From: the human T2T-CHM13v2.0 reference genome, Homo sapiens
Strand: one strand, 5' to 3'
NCBI RefSeq assembly: GCF_009914755.1
Contig: NC_060934.1
DNA length: 64,000 nucleotides
Notes under the pieces: generated by a model
Seen by the model: only the letters and a program-made list of their open reading frames with translations
What the model was told of the DNA's origin: nothing
Database searches by the model: none
Program-made: the position numbers and the translations under genes
In this document: piece by piece, positions 18,621 to 38,642 of the stretch
How the letters are laid out: each line of letters starts with the position of its first letter
Position numbering within the stretch: the first letter of the stretch is position 1

Positions 18621-19094
18621 CTATAATAGCTATAGATTTGCACAGGAGATGATGCTGTGTCAACACAGGACCAGAGTGAAAGAAGCAAGGGTTTGCTGGG
18701 GTCTGATTTACAGACAGGTACTTAACAACAGTGTGACCTCTAACAAATTGATTCTTTGTTTTTTTCCTTCCCCCTACCCACCTTCCCCACCCTCCTCGTT
18801 TTTCTTCTCCATTTTCCTCCATTCTTTCCTCCTTTCTTTCTCTTAGCTGAGTGGAATATTCACATGATAACTCCAGCCAATGAATGTTAAATATAAATTA
18901 CCAACTTAAAATCATAGCTATTAATTTATATCTACGAATGCAGATATTGAGAGGTGAGAGGTACACAGTGACTTAATAAAGTTTTGTAAACACATCTGAG
19001 CATTTATTAATCTTTTAAAATTAGCTTAGAATTTCTACATTGTGTAATTTAAAATATGAAAACTATTTTTATTTTAATAGAAGGCATACTGAAG

Positions 19095-21210
<2,116 letters not shown>

Positions 21211-21254
21211 CTTTATTAAGCCATTCTTGTTTTGCTATAAGGGAATATCTGAGA

Positions 21255-21588
21255 CCCACCCAGAGCAACTTTTACTCCTGCAAGCTCCATTCATGGTAAG
21301 TACCCTACACAGGTGTGCCATTTTTATCTTTTATACTGTATTTTTTACAGTTCCAGTTCTATGTTTGGATTCAGATACTTACCATTGTGTTATTTACAAT
21401 TGCCTACAGTATTCTAACATGCTGTGCAGGTTTTTAGCCTAGGAGCAGCAGGTTATACCATATAGCCTAGGTGCATAGTAGGTTATATCATTTAGTGTGA
21501 GTACACTCTATGATGTCTGCACAATGACAAAATGGCCTAAAGACACATCTCAGAATATATCCCCATGGTTGAGTGATGCATGACTGTA
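21255..21588. mobile_element. Tigger3 (MER7) fragment with one TIR
   Basis: cacccagagcaac...ctgcaagctccattcatggtaag...ccatatagcctaggtg...tgatgcatgactgta. Confidence 0.75.
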
Positions 21589-23009
21589 TATATGTGTGTG
21601 TGTGTATGTGTATACATATGTTTGTATATGTAGAATATATATGTGTATATATATGAGGGTAGGGGTAGGCTGTATTTAAGTATGCCAACAATTGAAACTT
21701 AGTGAGAAATAAATGTCTTCCAATTTTGAAAAAAAATGAGAGTATACAAGTATTTATATTAATGCTATATTTTTGAGAGTTTATTTAATCAAATAGTTTT
21801 GTGCTTTTTGAGAGCATGTTTCTTTAGTCAAGGACTTAAATGTTTCAAGAGATAAAGAGCTTCTTTTACCATGTGTGAGAACTTGGAGAAACTGTGGGAG
21901 AAATGAAAGTAAAGTATTAGAGAGGAGATAAAATAAATGCAGATGGTTGAATGAAATGCTGGAATCATGAGGATGGGCAGAACGTATTGAATGAAGAGAA
22001 GAATACTTGGGGAAGAGAAGAATGAAGAGTCCCTTAATACCAGTCAAATGAAAGTACTGGGTGTAAAATTATCAGCAAGCTGGAATGAGCAGAGAAGAAC
22101 AAGGGAAATGGATGTTCAATCTAGAGACCTGCAATGCATGGTACTTGAGATAATAGCCAAACATACCCAATACCTGTAGAACTCTCTCACTGATAACTAT
22201 TGAGATCGTTTGGAGCTGCGTAAGTTTCACAAGCTCCAACTCGTCAAATAATGAAAGGCATGAAGGGAAAATATTCAATGTGTTTATTATTTCTCTGCCT
22301 CCCCGACATGCACTCTTTCCTAGCTTGATATTCTACATTTAATGTTTTGTGACCTTTAAGTTTCCCACACAACAGAAGCCACTTCAGACCAAACATTGTT
22401 AATGGGCTTGTTCTCTACTGCCAATGACCAGAAGGCTGTCCCTGGCTTCCATTGGGGAAGAGGTGAATGAAGACCCAAGGTCAATGCTGCAGTACTAGTA
22501 GAAGTGACTAGTGGTTTCTGAACAGTCAGCAGACTGGACATCTGTGCATCTTCATGTTTTCTTTTAGGCAACTGGACAGTAAATGTTCCTCTCAAAGCTT
22601 TGGCAGCTGTGAGGATGGTTATTTTTGACTGTCTTTGAGATCACCCATGTGGGGTAGGATGCTGCTGCAGTCCACTACGGGGATGAGGCAGAGCTTGGCA
22701 AATCGTCTGTTGTTATTCTTCCTCCTCCATCTCCTCTTTCCAGTCTCCTCCTCCTGGTGGCCTTCTGGGCAATGTGTACTATGGGGAAGAAAGCAGCCCA
22801 GCAGCTCTGACAGAAGTATGAATCCCAAGTACTCCAAGGCTCAGGGACTCTGTGCAGGGCCAGTATTGAGTGACAATCTTGAGTGAGGCCAATCAGTATT
22901 ACATCTATTGTCTCCTAACCAGTCCTCAGATGGTCTGTGCCAAGTGCCTAAGAAAAGGGGGTGTCAAATCATCTGAAACTGTGAGACAAATAAAAGAGCT
23001 ATAAGGAAA

Positions 23010-24585
<1,576 letters not shown>

Positions 24586-24708
24586 CACACACACACAAAG
24601 AAAAAGAAAAGTCACTCACACTGGTGCACCTTGGCCAAGGAAGAGAATGTCCAAAACTGGTGTGATGAAGACAGTTTGCCTTCAGAGCAATGAATAGGAA
24701 TGAATAAT

Positions 24709-24768
24709 GGGCTGGGCGTGGTGACTCATGCCTGGAGTCCCAGCACTTTGGGAGGCTGAGGCAGGAGT
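24709..24768 (+). mobile_element. Alu 5' fragment
   Basis: ggctgggcgtggtgactcatgcctggagtcccagcactttgggaggctgaggcaggag then non-Alu sequence. Confidence 0.8.
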
Positions 24769-25448
24769 TGGAGAAACGAAGAAGGGAAGAGCAGCCGGTG
24801 TGCAATGGAGTGGGAAGAGAAGCCGTAGCTTCAGCCAGGAAGGGTGAGGTCCACTTCAGAGTCACAGGCCCAGGGGCTACCCAAGGGGAGAGGTGTGGAT
24901 AGGGATGGCAGAGGCACGGAGTGCGGGCTGGCCAGGAGCACGTGGTATGGTTGACACTGAGAGGCAGGGTTTTGATTGATGGGGATTGTGGGGATTTCAT
25001 AGCTGGGCTAAAGTCAGAGACTTGTCACTGTGACCCATATTCATGATGGCACTTTGCAGGCTGGCCTTGGGAACAGGCACCATTTCTGGCCCTGTTGGGT
25101 GCTGCTCCCTCTAATTCCTTAGATGCCCCACCCCCAAGCCTCACACAGCTTCCTCACACACGGGCATGCACTGGTCAGAACTCTGCTGAATACTTGCGGG
25201 ATCCTCCACACATCTCCAGTACTCTTTCTTGGGCATCTCTGTCCTCATCAGCACTGGATCTTGTGGACTCCAGCCCCCTGGGCTCTCCCTTCTGCGCCAC
25301 AGCCTTGAGCTCTCTCAAGTCAGGAAGGGCACCTTGTTGATTTCCCATCTCCTGGGGATCTCTGTTTTTCACAGCCAGATGCTAGTGTCTTGAAAACCCT
25401 TGTTTTATATGTTATCTGGATATTTGGTTGTTTTAGGCAGGAGGGTAA

Positions 25449-25799
<351 letters not shown>

Positions 25800-28282
25800 T
25801 GAACTTGAACAAAGACTACCCCAGTGTGTGCCGCACCGACATCACTCCTCAAAGCACACTGGCAAGCACAGATGCTCTTAGCTGATATCTGTCCATCAAA
25901 TCTCAGTCCACACGTCACCTCCCCAGCCTGTTCTTGGCCCCCTGAATTCAAATTTGGCCCTCTGCTGCTGTGCCAAGCTCCTTGGGACCCCTGTGTTGTG
26001 CTCACTGGACTTGCCTACATCTCCCCAGGCCTGAGCCTCTGCGCTCATCACTCCCCTCCTGCTTAGCACAGGCAGGGGCCAGGTGTGGACTCTGCAAACA
26101 GCGGTCCAATGTGTGAATGAATGATTGAAGGAAAAACCATAGCTTCCTGCTCAGCTGAGCCTTTTGCAGACTGGGCAGGAGACAGTTTCAGGAAGAAAAT
26201 GAGCTGTTTTAGGTCTGGCCAAGTTTTCCTGGAAGAAATTCCTTCTGGGAGCCACAGTTTCTGGGCTGGTTGTCTATGTTTAGGGAGTTGTGCCTGGGAA
26301 AACAGACTGACGTTTTATAGAGAAGATTTTGCCTTTTTCGTTGCTGGAATGTTTTCACATGATAAAGGCACTGCCCAGTGGGGGCTCAGAATTGTAGCTC
26401 TTGAAGAAAGATCTGCCTTCATGGCCGTCTTCTCTGTAGGAGGCAGGGACGTGAGAGCAGATTGGTGAGTGTTCAGTATGATAGCTGATGTCCAGGAAAA
26501 TGTTGGGAAATGCATTACTGATGGCAACAAAGCCAGGCTCCTCAGGGAAGAGGGCTTGTGCAGAGTGATGTGAACTGGGGAAAATAAAGAGAAAGTTGAG
26601 GGTTGTTTTCAGGCATGGCAGTGTAATCCAATACTATTTGTGACACAGAGGAAAGGGTGTGGCCTTGTGTCAGATGAAGCTAGATGTAAATATAAGAACA
26701 TTTAAGCTCATGGCTTCCACTCTTGGAGACTTAGTTTTGCCATCTGATAAATAGGTTGCCTAGACAAGGGAGATGATGGATGGGAAGCATCAGCTCAACA
26801 CAGTGTGGGCTCCGTTCCTCTCCCTGCCTCTTACCCTCTCCCTCTCTCTCACAGAAGATGAGAGAAGAGGAGCACCAGGCATATCTGTTTCCAGAGCAAA
26901 TCCTGTGTACCAGCCCATCTGGAACTTCAGGGAGTGGATGACATGCTGAGGCCTCCTTGTAATTCACTGGTTGAGAAGACTCAGCCCAGAGAGGTGTGAA
27001 CATGAGCAGTTTTATTTTCCCCCAGACTCTTCTTTCATCTATGCTCTGTTGAATCTCTTTCCCATCCCTCACAGCATCCTGGTAAGATTCTGTAACTTTC
27101 AGGTGTCTCTTGGATATTAAACTTTAATCTAAAATTACACTTTCAATCTCAATCTTGATTTAAATCTCATCCCCTTGGAATATAGAAGATGTTTTTGGCA
27201 GGAGCCCTCATCACTAATTTTCAGGCAAAGGGAAGAATGTCACTTCACTGGATGTTTAACCCCTTTAGAGTCAAGGTCAGGATGGGCTCCTGGGAGGCAG
27301 TCAGAGGCACTGTACTTCTTTCGTGTCCCTCAGCTGCTGGTGGCTGCCCAGGAAGGAGGAGCTGGCTTGGGGGCAGGAAGATGGTTGTGGGTGGGGAGGG
27401 AGCACTGTTTCTTGCTCTCACCCCTCATCCCCAGACATGTGCTCTCCATCTGGGGGTTTGCAAACATTCTTAAAGGCTGCTGAAATCTTCTTTACCCCCG
27501 AGTTCTAACTGGATAGTCCAGTAGCCTAGCTTCTTGGGCCACATCTACAGCTGAACCATCGGGATACCTGCCTCTCAAATATTGGAGTCTCCGATTCGGA
27601 GCCCCACCTCCCCTTTTAATGTCTGCTGGTTCTTGGGGAATCTGGTGAAGGCCCCTGGGAGGCCATTTGATCATCTTTTCTCCCACTATCAGGTACCCAT
27701 GCTTCTTCCTCAAAGTCTTCCATTCTGGCTATGCTGGGGCTCCTGTCACTGTCCAGTGTGGTGTGGTGTGGTGTGAGCCCCCATTTCTTTCCACCTATTG
27801 CTCCTGAGATGGAGTCCACTTGTCTGACCATCCCTCCAGGCAGGCTGGGTCCGGGCTGCCGAGTGGGTTCATGGTGGCACACGTGGGACAAAGGAGGGTG
27901 ACCCAAGGAGCACAGAGCCAAAGGCACTGTCGTCCAAGGGCAGGGAAGAGAGTGAGAGTGCAGTTCTCTGAAAGGCACAGGGAAGACCCTGGGGAAGGAG
28001 TTCAAGGAAATAAAATGGTACTGTTCTGGCTCCATGCCCCAAACTATCTCAGAAACAAGCTGGTGAGGGCCACTTTCTCTCACTTCCAGGAGAGATTGGC
28101 TTCTGTCAGAGATGCAGAAGGCATCCCTTCCATTCCTGTGAAGGGCCTCAGTCAGCCATGGCTCTCTCCCGTAAGACCCGCAGTGTGTTAAACGCAGTTG
28201 CCGTTTTCCCCCACCCAGTCACAGGCACTGCTCTGTCCAGATGTGCAGCAGCTTTGTTCTCTTTGCCACTCCTGGGAGGCTC

Positions 28283-28588
<306 letters not shown>

Positions 28589-28744
28589 CCCCACATTTAT
28601 ATTTATGGTCACGTCCACACCAGACATAAAACAATCTCATTAAAAAAAAAATCACTGAACTCATATCCTTTGAGGGCAAAACCACCCCCTCTCACCATCT
28701 ACACACCGACTTTAATCTTGGTCATTCAGTTTCTTTTGATTTAA

Positions 28745-29111
<367 letters not shown>

Positions 29112-32100
29112 CCCCTCCTTCTCCTCTTATCCTTGCATGCGGTGTGAGGGAAATTCTCAGTGCAGTTTCCTGTGTTGTCCTTGTTTTGGAGCAAGGTTGC
29201 AGGCCAAGGCTCAGGCAAATCCCAAGAAAGCAGGGTCTAGCAAGACATTGTCCCTCAGTGGACACAGACAGCTGATAATGAAGCCATCTTCACCTTGGCT
29301 GTAGGCGTTGCTCCACCAGACTGCTGGGCTCCATCCCACCTCTGCCACCATGGAAAAAATCAGCTTCCCAACCTGAGCCCTGACTCAGTGCCTCCTAAGC
29401 CAGGTTCTAGTGGTAGCACCTGGTTGGCCACACTCCAGCTACACGCCCACCCTATGGCCAGCCAGTGGGGGAGGGGAGTATCTGTCCCCTTCCCTACTAA
29501 CACTCATGTTTTCAGAGGTAGAGCTACCTCCCTTCTGTTTTGGGATTACCACAAATAGAAAAAAGGTTTGGCTTCTGAGTAGCCAAAATAAAAAACATCT
29601 TCCAGAGCAGGATAGGGCCTGAGCCAGCCTCTGTCCGACCACCCCAGTCTCTCTCAGCTCCAGCAGAGCCTGGAGAAAAGCCAAGACATTTTCTACAACC
29701 CTAGGAGAAGGAGGCAGATGGTGGCTGGGGGTTTGTGTGCCTGCCAGAGATCACGGCAGAGCAGGGCCTAGTCTTGCTAAGGACAATGGTGGGCATGGCT
29801 GAGTGTCAGAGGGCCAGTAGTGCAAGAATGATGCTAGGCATGTCTGAAGAAGGAGATGGGTCAGCTTCATGCACCAGCTGCAGACCCTCAGCAGTGGCAT
29901 CTGCAAAAGCAGAGGCCAACAACAGTCAGAGATCTCCATGTTGACCTCTCAGCTGAGGACTGTCCACTATGGGCATTCTCACTGAGACCCTGCCAGAGAT
30001 GATCTTTGGTTTAGTTAGCTAAAGATACTGTTAATTTTTCTTAGTTAGCCAGAATTGGCTTTTATTGGGTTTGAAACCAAGAATCTTAATAATTGTGTTG
30101 CCCAAACGTGCCATACCACCAGCTCTACTCTCCCGGGGCTCCCATGTTGCTGAAAAGCTAGTTGAGGCAATAATCTCCTTCCAGAATTTTAGATGGGAAG
30201 TGGGGCAGCCTACTGCACTGTGCGAGCCTTCAGATTCTTCCTCAATATAACTTGGCTCTCTCAGTCCCTTAAAAGGGACCCAGGTAATGTCCATTCTGTG
30301 TCTCCCCACTTACAGACCCTGCTGATGACCCTCGGCAGGGAAATGGTTCTGAATCCTAGCCTGAGACCCTCTTCACACTCACCTCCTCCACTCTTGGACT
30401 TTAACAACTCCATGCTATAGTCTCAGATCTCTGGCTCCTGATCATTTAACTCAAATCCTTTGAAATTCAAAGGAAAACCAGTCCTCTTTTAAGCACCCAG
30501 CTCTTGGAATTGAGTTCAAAGGCAAGAATTTAGCTCTTTGTTCTGGTTTGACTCTTCCCTTCCTCCTCCCTGCAGGGTGGTGCTGGGAGAAGCTAAGGCT
30601 CCCTGAAAGGTGGTGAAAGGGTCATGGGACAGGACACCTGGGAGCAGCAGTCCTTTAGTATCTAAGACATTATACTACTACATTTTCCTTTTGAAGTTAG
30701 GTTACATTTTATTAATTATCTCTGGAGGCCTTATTAAATTTTGAAGATTACGGCATGATATTGTTAAAGATGGCTTTACATATGATAACACATTTTAGGA
30801 TCAGATGTTAAACTCAATCAAAGGACATTCAATCCCAGATGGAGATGCATTTGCAGGAAAGCAGCTCATGACCTTTGCAGCCAATGTGGAGGAGCCCAGC
30901 GTCTCTGCTTCCCACACCTTCCCTGCAGCCCCCACTCAGCAGGTTCCTTGGCTGCTGCTGCCCTGCTCACTGACTGTCCTTACTCTTGCCTCTCCCAGGA
31001 CAAGCCTCTGGGATCTGCAGAAAATAAATTTGTGGCAACAGTGTAGCCACAAAAAGGAAAAGTAGAGCCCCAGTAGAGGAAGACAGGGCCATGGGTTCTT
31101 GGTGAAGGAGTAGGCCCATGCCAATGGACACATAACAGAGGCCCGTGAATGACTTGCTGGGGCCTCAGAGGGAGTGGGAGGCCCTGGAGCTAGGGGTCGG
31201 GGGAACATTCCTGGGCGGCTGCGGCTGGCAACAGGAGTGAGTTCTGACCCAGTGGGCAGGAGAAATGGGCTTCCTAAGGACAGTGTCCAAAAAGGTGGTC
31301 CTCATCAGGTCCGGGTCTGGCTTGGATGGCTCCTGCTCCACTTTCCTCTTTGCCCAGCAGGAAGTGCCTGAGGCTGTGACTGCCTCAGAGGCTGTGATAA
31401 TGGAGCAGGCAGTGATGCTATGGTGGGTGGGTTGGCTCCTAAGGAACAAGCTCAGACCTGGACAGAGAGGACTGGGCAGGTGGGCAGTGTGTCAGCCCCC
31501 TTCCAGGATCTGGTGTCTGGGAGAAGAATCCCCTCTGCAGGGAACAAGATGTAGGGAGATGGTGGCTCTGAGCATCCAGGGTTTCAGATCTCACATCAGG
31601 ATGCCTAACAAACCCCAGGGCTCAGCCACTGCAGTTCGGTGTCCAAAAGAGGCTGGCCTTCACTGAGGCCTGGCACCTCTGTTCCTGCTGGCCTGGTGCC
31701 AGGTCCCCTGGTTTTCCTACTCACTTGTGAAGGGATGTGTGTAGGCCAGCAGAGTCCCTCCTCTGCCCTGGGAGGCCCTGCACAGATGGAATCCAAGGTG
31801 GAACCCCTCCTACCAGCCCCCTCATCCCTGGTGTCTCAGAGGGAGGAGGCCCCCAGAACTGTCCTTGGGAAAATTCAAGCAGGAACTTCGTGTCCAGTCC
31901 TGCATTCATTAATAATCACTAAAAATAGCAGAAAGCAACTCAAACCCAACCATTTCCCTTAGGCTAAATGAGCTTTTCTCTTTGCATTGGGTCTGACTCT
32001 AGGCCTGGACCACAAAACTCAGAAGTCTGGGGAGTAAGTGTGGGTTTCTAGGACAAGGGCATCTGTCAGGTGGATCAGAAGGAAGAACAGATGCAGGAGT

Positions 32101-34199
32101 GCTCTGTTCCCCCAGGTGGGAAGGGGCATGGTATGAGGATGGAGGGATTTTGGGAAACTTCTCCCTAGGGTCCTGAGGAACTCAGTCCCCCACTCCTTGT
32201 CCTCATCAGTGGTGATCATGGGATTGGGACCGAGAAGACAGGGGCATGGGGCTGCTGCAAGGGAAGCCCACAGTATAGGGACTTGCGTCTCCAGTCCTGG
32301 TTAACCTCTGGCTCTGGGCAGCCTCAGGCCCACTAGGCTGGTGATGGCATTGGGAAAAATGGCAGAGTAGGATGCTTAAACAAAGAAACAGCTTGAGACA
32401 CTTTTCCTGGTTCCCTACTGGCTGTGCGGGTGTAGGGAAGGTGGCTGAGGACACATGGGGTGTGGCTGAGAGGCCACAGGCCTGTGGAGCTAACAGTGGT
32501 CTCCTCTGAAGATTTCAGGGGCCAACGCTATTCAACACCCCCTGCCCCCACTCACCCAGAGGAAACCAGTGAGGACCTGGAGGGCAAGTGCATACCTCAG
32601 GTCTCCCCTCCACAGCCACAGGGACTGTCAATCCCAGTGACCTTGGCTAGAAGGCAGAGGAGGTGACCTGTAAGACCATCCTCTCTTCCCTGGCTAAAGC
32701 CACACCTGTGCAAGGATGGGGAACCAGGGAGAGCTGCCTCATTAGCAGAAAGGGACATTTCAAAGAAGATGAGGACAGAGAGGGAAACTAAGACTGCTAC
32801 TTCTTATTTTCCACTGTTTCCCTGCTCTGATCTCAGGGTGGGGTTGGCATGTCCCGGGCCCCATGGATCAGTTGCTGCTGGGGTCAGCTCCATCCTTAAT
32901 GTCCCCAGGCTGACCCGGAGGGGTGGGTAGAAGGCATTTCAGAAAGAAAAGCTGAAACTCAACCCTCATGATGAGAAGCCTTAAGCATTTAGTTCTAGCT
33001 GGAACTCAAATACCTAAAAGGAAGCCCAGAGAATCAGAAAAGGGAGGCCGCTTTTTCCTCCCCAGTCTCCTTCCAGCTGAAAGCAGCTTTTAGTTCTGCA
33101 CTGCCAGCCACCTGAAACAGCAAACCCCAGAAAATGATTTATTCTCTGAAGTTAATGATCTGGAACAATAGATTGCCCCAGTCAAAAATCAATTTTTATT
33201 ATTTGGAGAAGGGGCTGGATAAAGTCTCCTTTTCACTATCAGGCCCGGAGACGACAATCCTGAATTACGATTGTTCAAGGACAAAGCCTCGTTTGGACTG
33301 TGGTTTGGGCACATTCGCAATTTTTTCCTTTCATTAATTCTGAAAGCTTAAATCTGTACTTAGTGATGACTTGTGTAACTCTCACTTAAAATAAATCAGT
33401 TAGATTTGGTTTCCACCTAGAGAAGAGTGGCCGGGCACTCTTGGATACAATTCCGAATGAATGGTTATTAAGCGGGTTGTTTGTTTCCTTGAGACTGCCC
33501 AGAACACATTGGGCTGGCACTGAGCGTTCACAGCAATGGGCTGCCCTCGCTCTTGTAAGGCAGTTGGAACTAGTCCCAGGGCTCTCGTGAGCTGCAGTTC
33601 ACTGGGTTTTTATATCATGCGGTGATAGGGAGGAGGAGTTGGTGGCTCCTGCTCACCAGAGGAGGAGTTGGAAACCCAGGGGAAGGGGGCAGCCTGGCCA
33701 GAGGCTGCAAAGATGGTGCCAGCTGCAGACCCTGCACTGTCAAAGATGATGCCTTCTCCCGCCTGGTGCTCTGAGGCCCCTCCAGTGGTTCCCTTGGACT
33801 GAAGAGCCTTAATCACTCTCTCTTTCCATCAGAGCCAGGTGTCCAATTGTCATTCCTGCTACTTCTTACCTTGTCATGGCTCAAAGCTCCTTGGGACCCG
33901 GCTTCTACCTTTGCTCCTACTCTGGCTTCCTACTCCCCAGCCCCAGCCCCTTAATCCCACAGACCCTCCATGAGCAGACCATTCACACTTCCATGTCTTT
34001 GCTCCTTCTACCCCCTGCCAGGACTGTTCCTGCTCCTTGACTTTAAATCTGGAGCAGTTGTCACCTTGTGAAGGGCTTGGTGTCTTCCTCTCACCTGGGT
34101 GGTGTGTGGCCCCCTTGGTCCCCCCATATAACCCCCATATGATCTTGCATCAGAGAGATTCTCCCAAGGCCACAATCCTTTCTCCCTACAAGGCTCTGA

Positions 34200-34495
<296 letters not shown>

Positions 34496-35075
34496 TGAGT
34501 TCTTAAAGGCAGCTCTGACTACTCTCTGTGTTCTCATAGCTCAGAGCAGTGCCTGGTCCACTCTTGGGAGGTGCTCCATAGATAGTGAATTTGTTAAACA
34601 CTGGAAGCAGCATGGCTTTATTTACATTTATTATAAGCCATGAGAAGAGCCTGGCAAACTTTCTTAAATAAAACTAAATTGTCTTTCATGAAAACTCACT
34701 TCTGAGAGCCACAGGTAAATATGTGTTTGTTTATTTAAGATGAAAACGTGATTCTCTTGACTGTGAGTGCTAACCCAGAAGGCTGATTAATATCAGCTAC
34801 ACTCAATCAATCAATCATAATTTGAACACTTTACTTCTTGAAAATGGAGTTTCTTTCAAGAAAAAAATATTGAAATAGGTATTGTTTATTTAAGACTTAG
34901 CCCTAAACATAAAAAACAATCTTGCAATTTTAGTTGACCGTTAACTTAATGTGAGCTCCTGTGTGATGTGACTGTTAGGAATATACCGTGAATGTAGGCT
35001 GCATGAGGAGAAATGGACATGCTTTTGTGGTAGAGACTTTTATCTTTTTTACTTTACCTTGGAAAATATCTGCTC

Positions 35076-35564
35076 TGTGATAAGCGGAATAATGCTTCCC
35101 CCACCAAAGATCCCCATGCCAATTCCTGGAATTGGTAAGTGTTACCTTACATGGCAAAAAGGACTTTGTGATGAAGATTTAAAAATGTGGTAGGAGAGAT
35201 TATCCTGAATTACTGTGTGGGCCCAATCTAACCCCGAGTCTCTAAAAGCTGAGAACCTCTCTTGCCTGTGATCAGAGAGATGTGAAAATGGAATAAGGGT
35301 CAGAGAGGTGCCATGTTGATGGCTGAAGATGGAGAAGAAATCACAAGTCAAGGGCTGTGGGATCCTCCTGAATCTGGAAAAGGCAGGAAAACTGATTTTC
35401 CCCAGAGCCTCCAGGAAAGCGGCTCAGCCCTGCCAGCACTCCAACTTTAGCTCAGTGACCCATGTTGGACTTCTAGCCTAAAGAACTGTAAGATAATAAA
35501 TGTGTGTTGTTTCAAGCTGCTAACTGTGGTAATTTGTTGTAGTAGCAATAGGAAACTAAGATCA
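35076..35564 (+). mobile_element. MLT1D-like MaLR solo LTR
   Basis: aataatgcttccc...gttaccttacatggcaaaaaggactttg...agaactgtaagataataaatgtgtgttg. Confidence 0.8.
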
Positions 35565-36824
35565 CTTCTATTAAATCTTAATTAATCAATATCATGAGGG
35601 CAACAAAAAGTAGGGGAAGAACAAATGAATGTTTTCTGAGATCCTCCCTGGAGCACTCAACACACTGACCTTGACCTTTTCTGAATTTCAAACTTCTTGT
35701 CATCTGTGCTATTCATTTGGCGTTAGATCATGGGCCATTGTATGTGGTTATAGCCTATCTCTTTGTCAAATAAAGGCCTGTCCCTCCTGCAAGAGGCTTG
35801 GTCCTTGGGACCACAGCTCAGTGCCTAACGTGGAGCCTCTTCCCTCTGAAATGTGAGGTGCTCACCCCACATTTGTGTGTGATCCCTATGGTCCCCAGGA
35901 CCATTAGCATGCACTTAACAATAAAATAGCTTCAATATGTATAGTCTGAATGCTGGTGGCTGTTTACTCCCACAGTGGAGGCAGGATCTCAGCCTTCCAT
36001 GTATGCTTAGAGATCTTGGAGTTCCTAGGAAAGTCAGGTGGGCTCTCAATCGGCCCAGTCCTTTTGTCCTATTCTGGTCTCCAAGTTGAATTCCTTCTGG
36101 CTGTTGCTTGAGAGAGGCCCCTCCACTCCCTCGCCTCCCTGCCCTTTTATAAAGCCCCAATTCTCACTCTGGCTGCTGCTTCCCAGAGCTCTCCAAATAG
36201 CATTGCTCCCCAAGGGGCTCCACATTATTGCATATGCTTCTGTCTTCTTGAATTCAAGTGGGCCGTGTGCCAGGGAGAAGTGGGGCCCCCCCCCTTCTGT
36301 GCCACTTTTTCATCCAGGCCCCGGGAGCCCCGCCTGTGTCTGGAGCCTCACAGCGTACTCATGAAAGCAACTCTCGGCTTTTACTTGCAGTCACTTTTTC
36401 CCTGCAGGGTAAGCTAGAATCAAGCTAGCCTTCATTTGTTCATTTCTATTTTTCGCTCTTGCCTAGAAACCCATGTGCCATCCATGCAAATAAGCCCTAG
36501 GACAGGGGAAGGGCTTCTGCTGATGGAAGAGGGAGCTGGCTTGACCCCAAATCCCAATTCGAAAATGGTGAGGACCCAGGTTGTGCCATGCATACCCTAG
36601 CGCATGCCAGTAGCTTTCGATCTTTAGAAGCTGATTCCATGAATCCTTTGAATTTTCCTGTTTAAACCTTTTTGCTCATGCCTGAGACCCATGTATAAGA
36701 TTATCAGACACAAATAGGTTGGGCCAGAAAAAAATGTCAGTTGGAGTCTGCAGATGGCACAGAGAGGAAGACCAAAGCGTGGGTCACACTGGCGAGGCAC
36801 AGGTGTGTGGGGAGCGCAGGGTGA

Positions 36825-37203
<379 letters not shown>

Positions 37204-38253
37204 ATGTGGGTCTATAGATTCTCCATAGTTTCTACTTGGCGGTGCCCTGCGTAGCTTTCTTTTTTCTGTCACCTTGGTCATTGCATCTGCATTTTTAGCA
37301 CTGTCTCTAAGTTTTCTCTGAATCTGAGTCTTCCCTTTATCACCATGGCATCTTATTCCCATTTTCTTTGCTGATCACTGTTTTCAGTGGGAGGGACTCT
37401 TGCATCCTTGGGGCACTTTATGTGTGGGCCTCTTTTTCAATAATTACATACATCATCTCATTTTTCATAACAGTATTTTGAGGTGGGTAAGAGAGATTAA
37501 CCTGCCCAAGGAACACAGCTGGCGTGAGGCCGACTGAGGATGCCAGTCCGCTTGGTAGGTGGGCTTCATGCCCCCTCCCCCTCCTCTTGTTAGTGACCAG
37601 TGACTATTGACATCTTTTATGTAGTAGACATGGATACATTTCCGGCTGTAGTGGCTTCTAAATTGTGGAATATTAGTCAGGAGATGAGTTCTGCTGAGGG
37701 GCACTCAGCAGTTGGTTCCTCTAAAAAGAAGATAAGACATTTAGAAAGACGTCTGCAACAAGTGTTGCACAGGGATGGGAGTTACTAATCCAAAAAAATT
37801 GAAATAAGAGGACACTTTTAGGCGATGCTTGAACATGGTATAGATGTTACCTAGATGTTAGGTAGTGGAGAGGTGGGCTAAGTTGGAGACTCAAGCTTGT
37901 ATCTGGTCATGGAGAGCTGTAAGCATTCAGTCAAGGAGTTTTGACCTTTGGTATAAATCTTATTTCACAGCAACAGGGTATGACATGCCATATTCCTTTA
38001 TTTCTCTTAATCAGATTAAATTTGCTCTCAGACTTCACCTATCTGGCTGGGAGGATACCCAGTAGCAATTACTAATGAGACTTCTTCCTCTCCACCATGG
38101 TGTCATCAAAGGATCTGAAGCTTATCTGGTGTCGGAAAAATTTAGAGAGGACCCAGGTTCCTCTTTCTCATGTGATCACGATTGTTCCTCTGGCTACCTA
38201 ATACAGCTGAGGAGTAATTGTCCCCTCCTTCTGGCAAAAATACTTCCTCTCAG

Positions 38254-38642
<389 letters not shown>

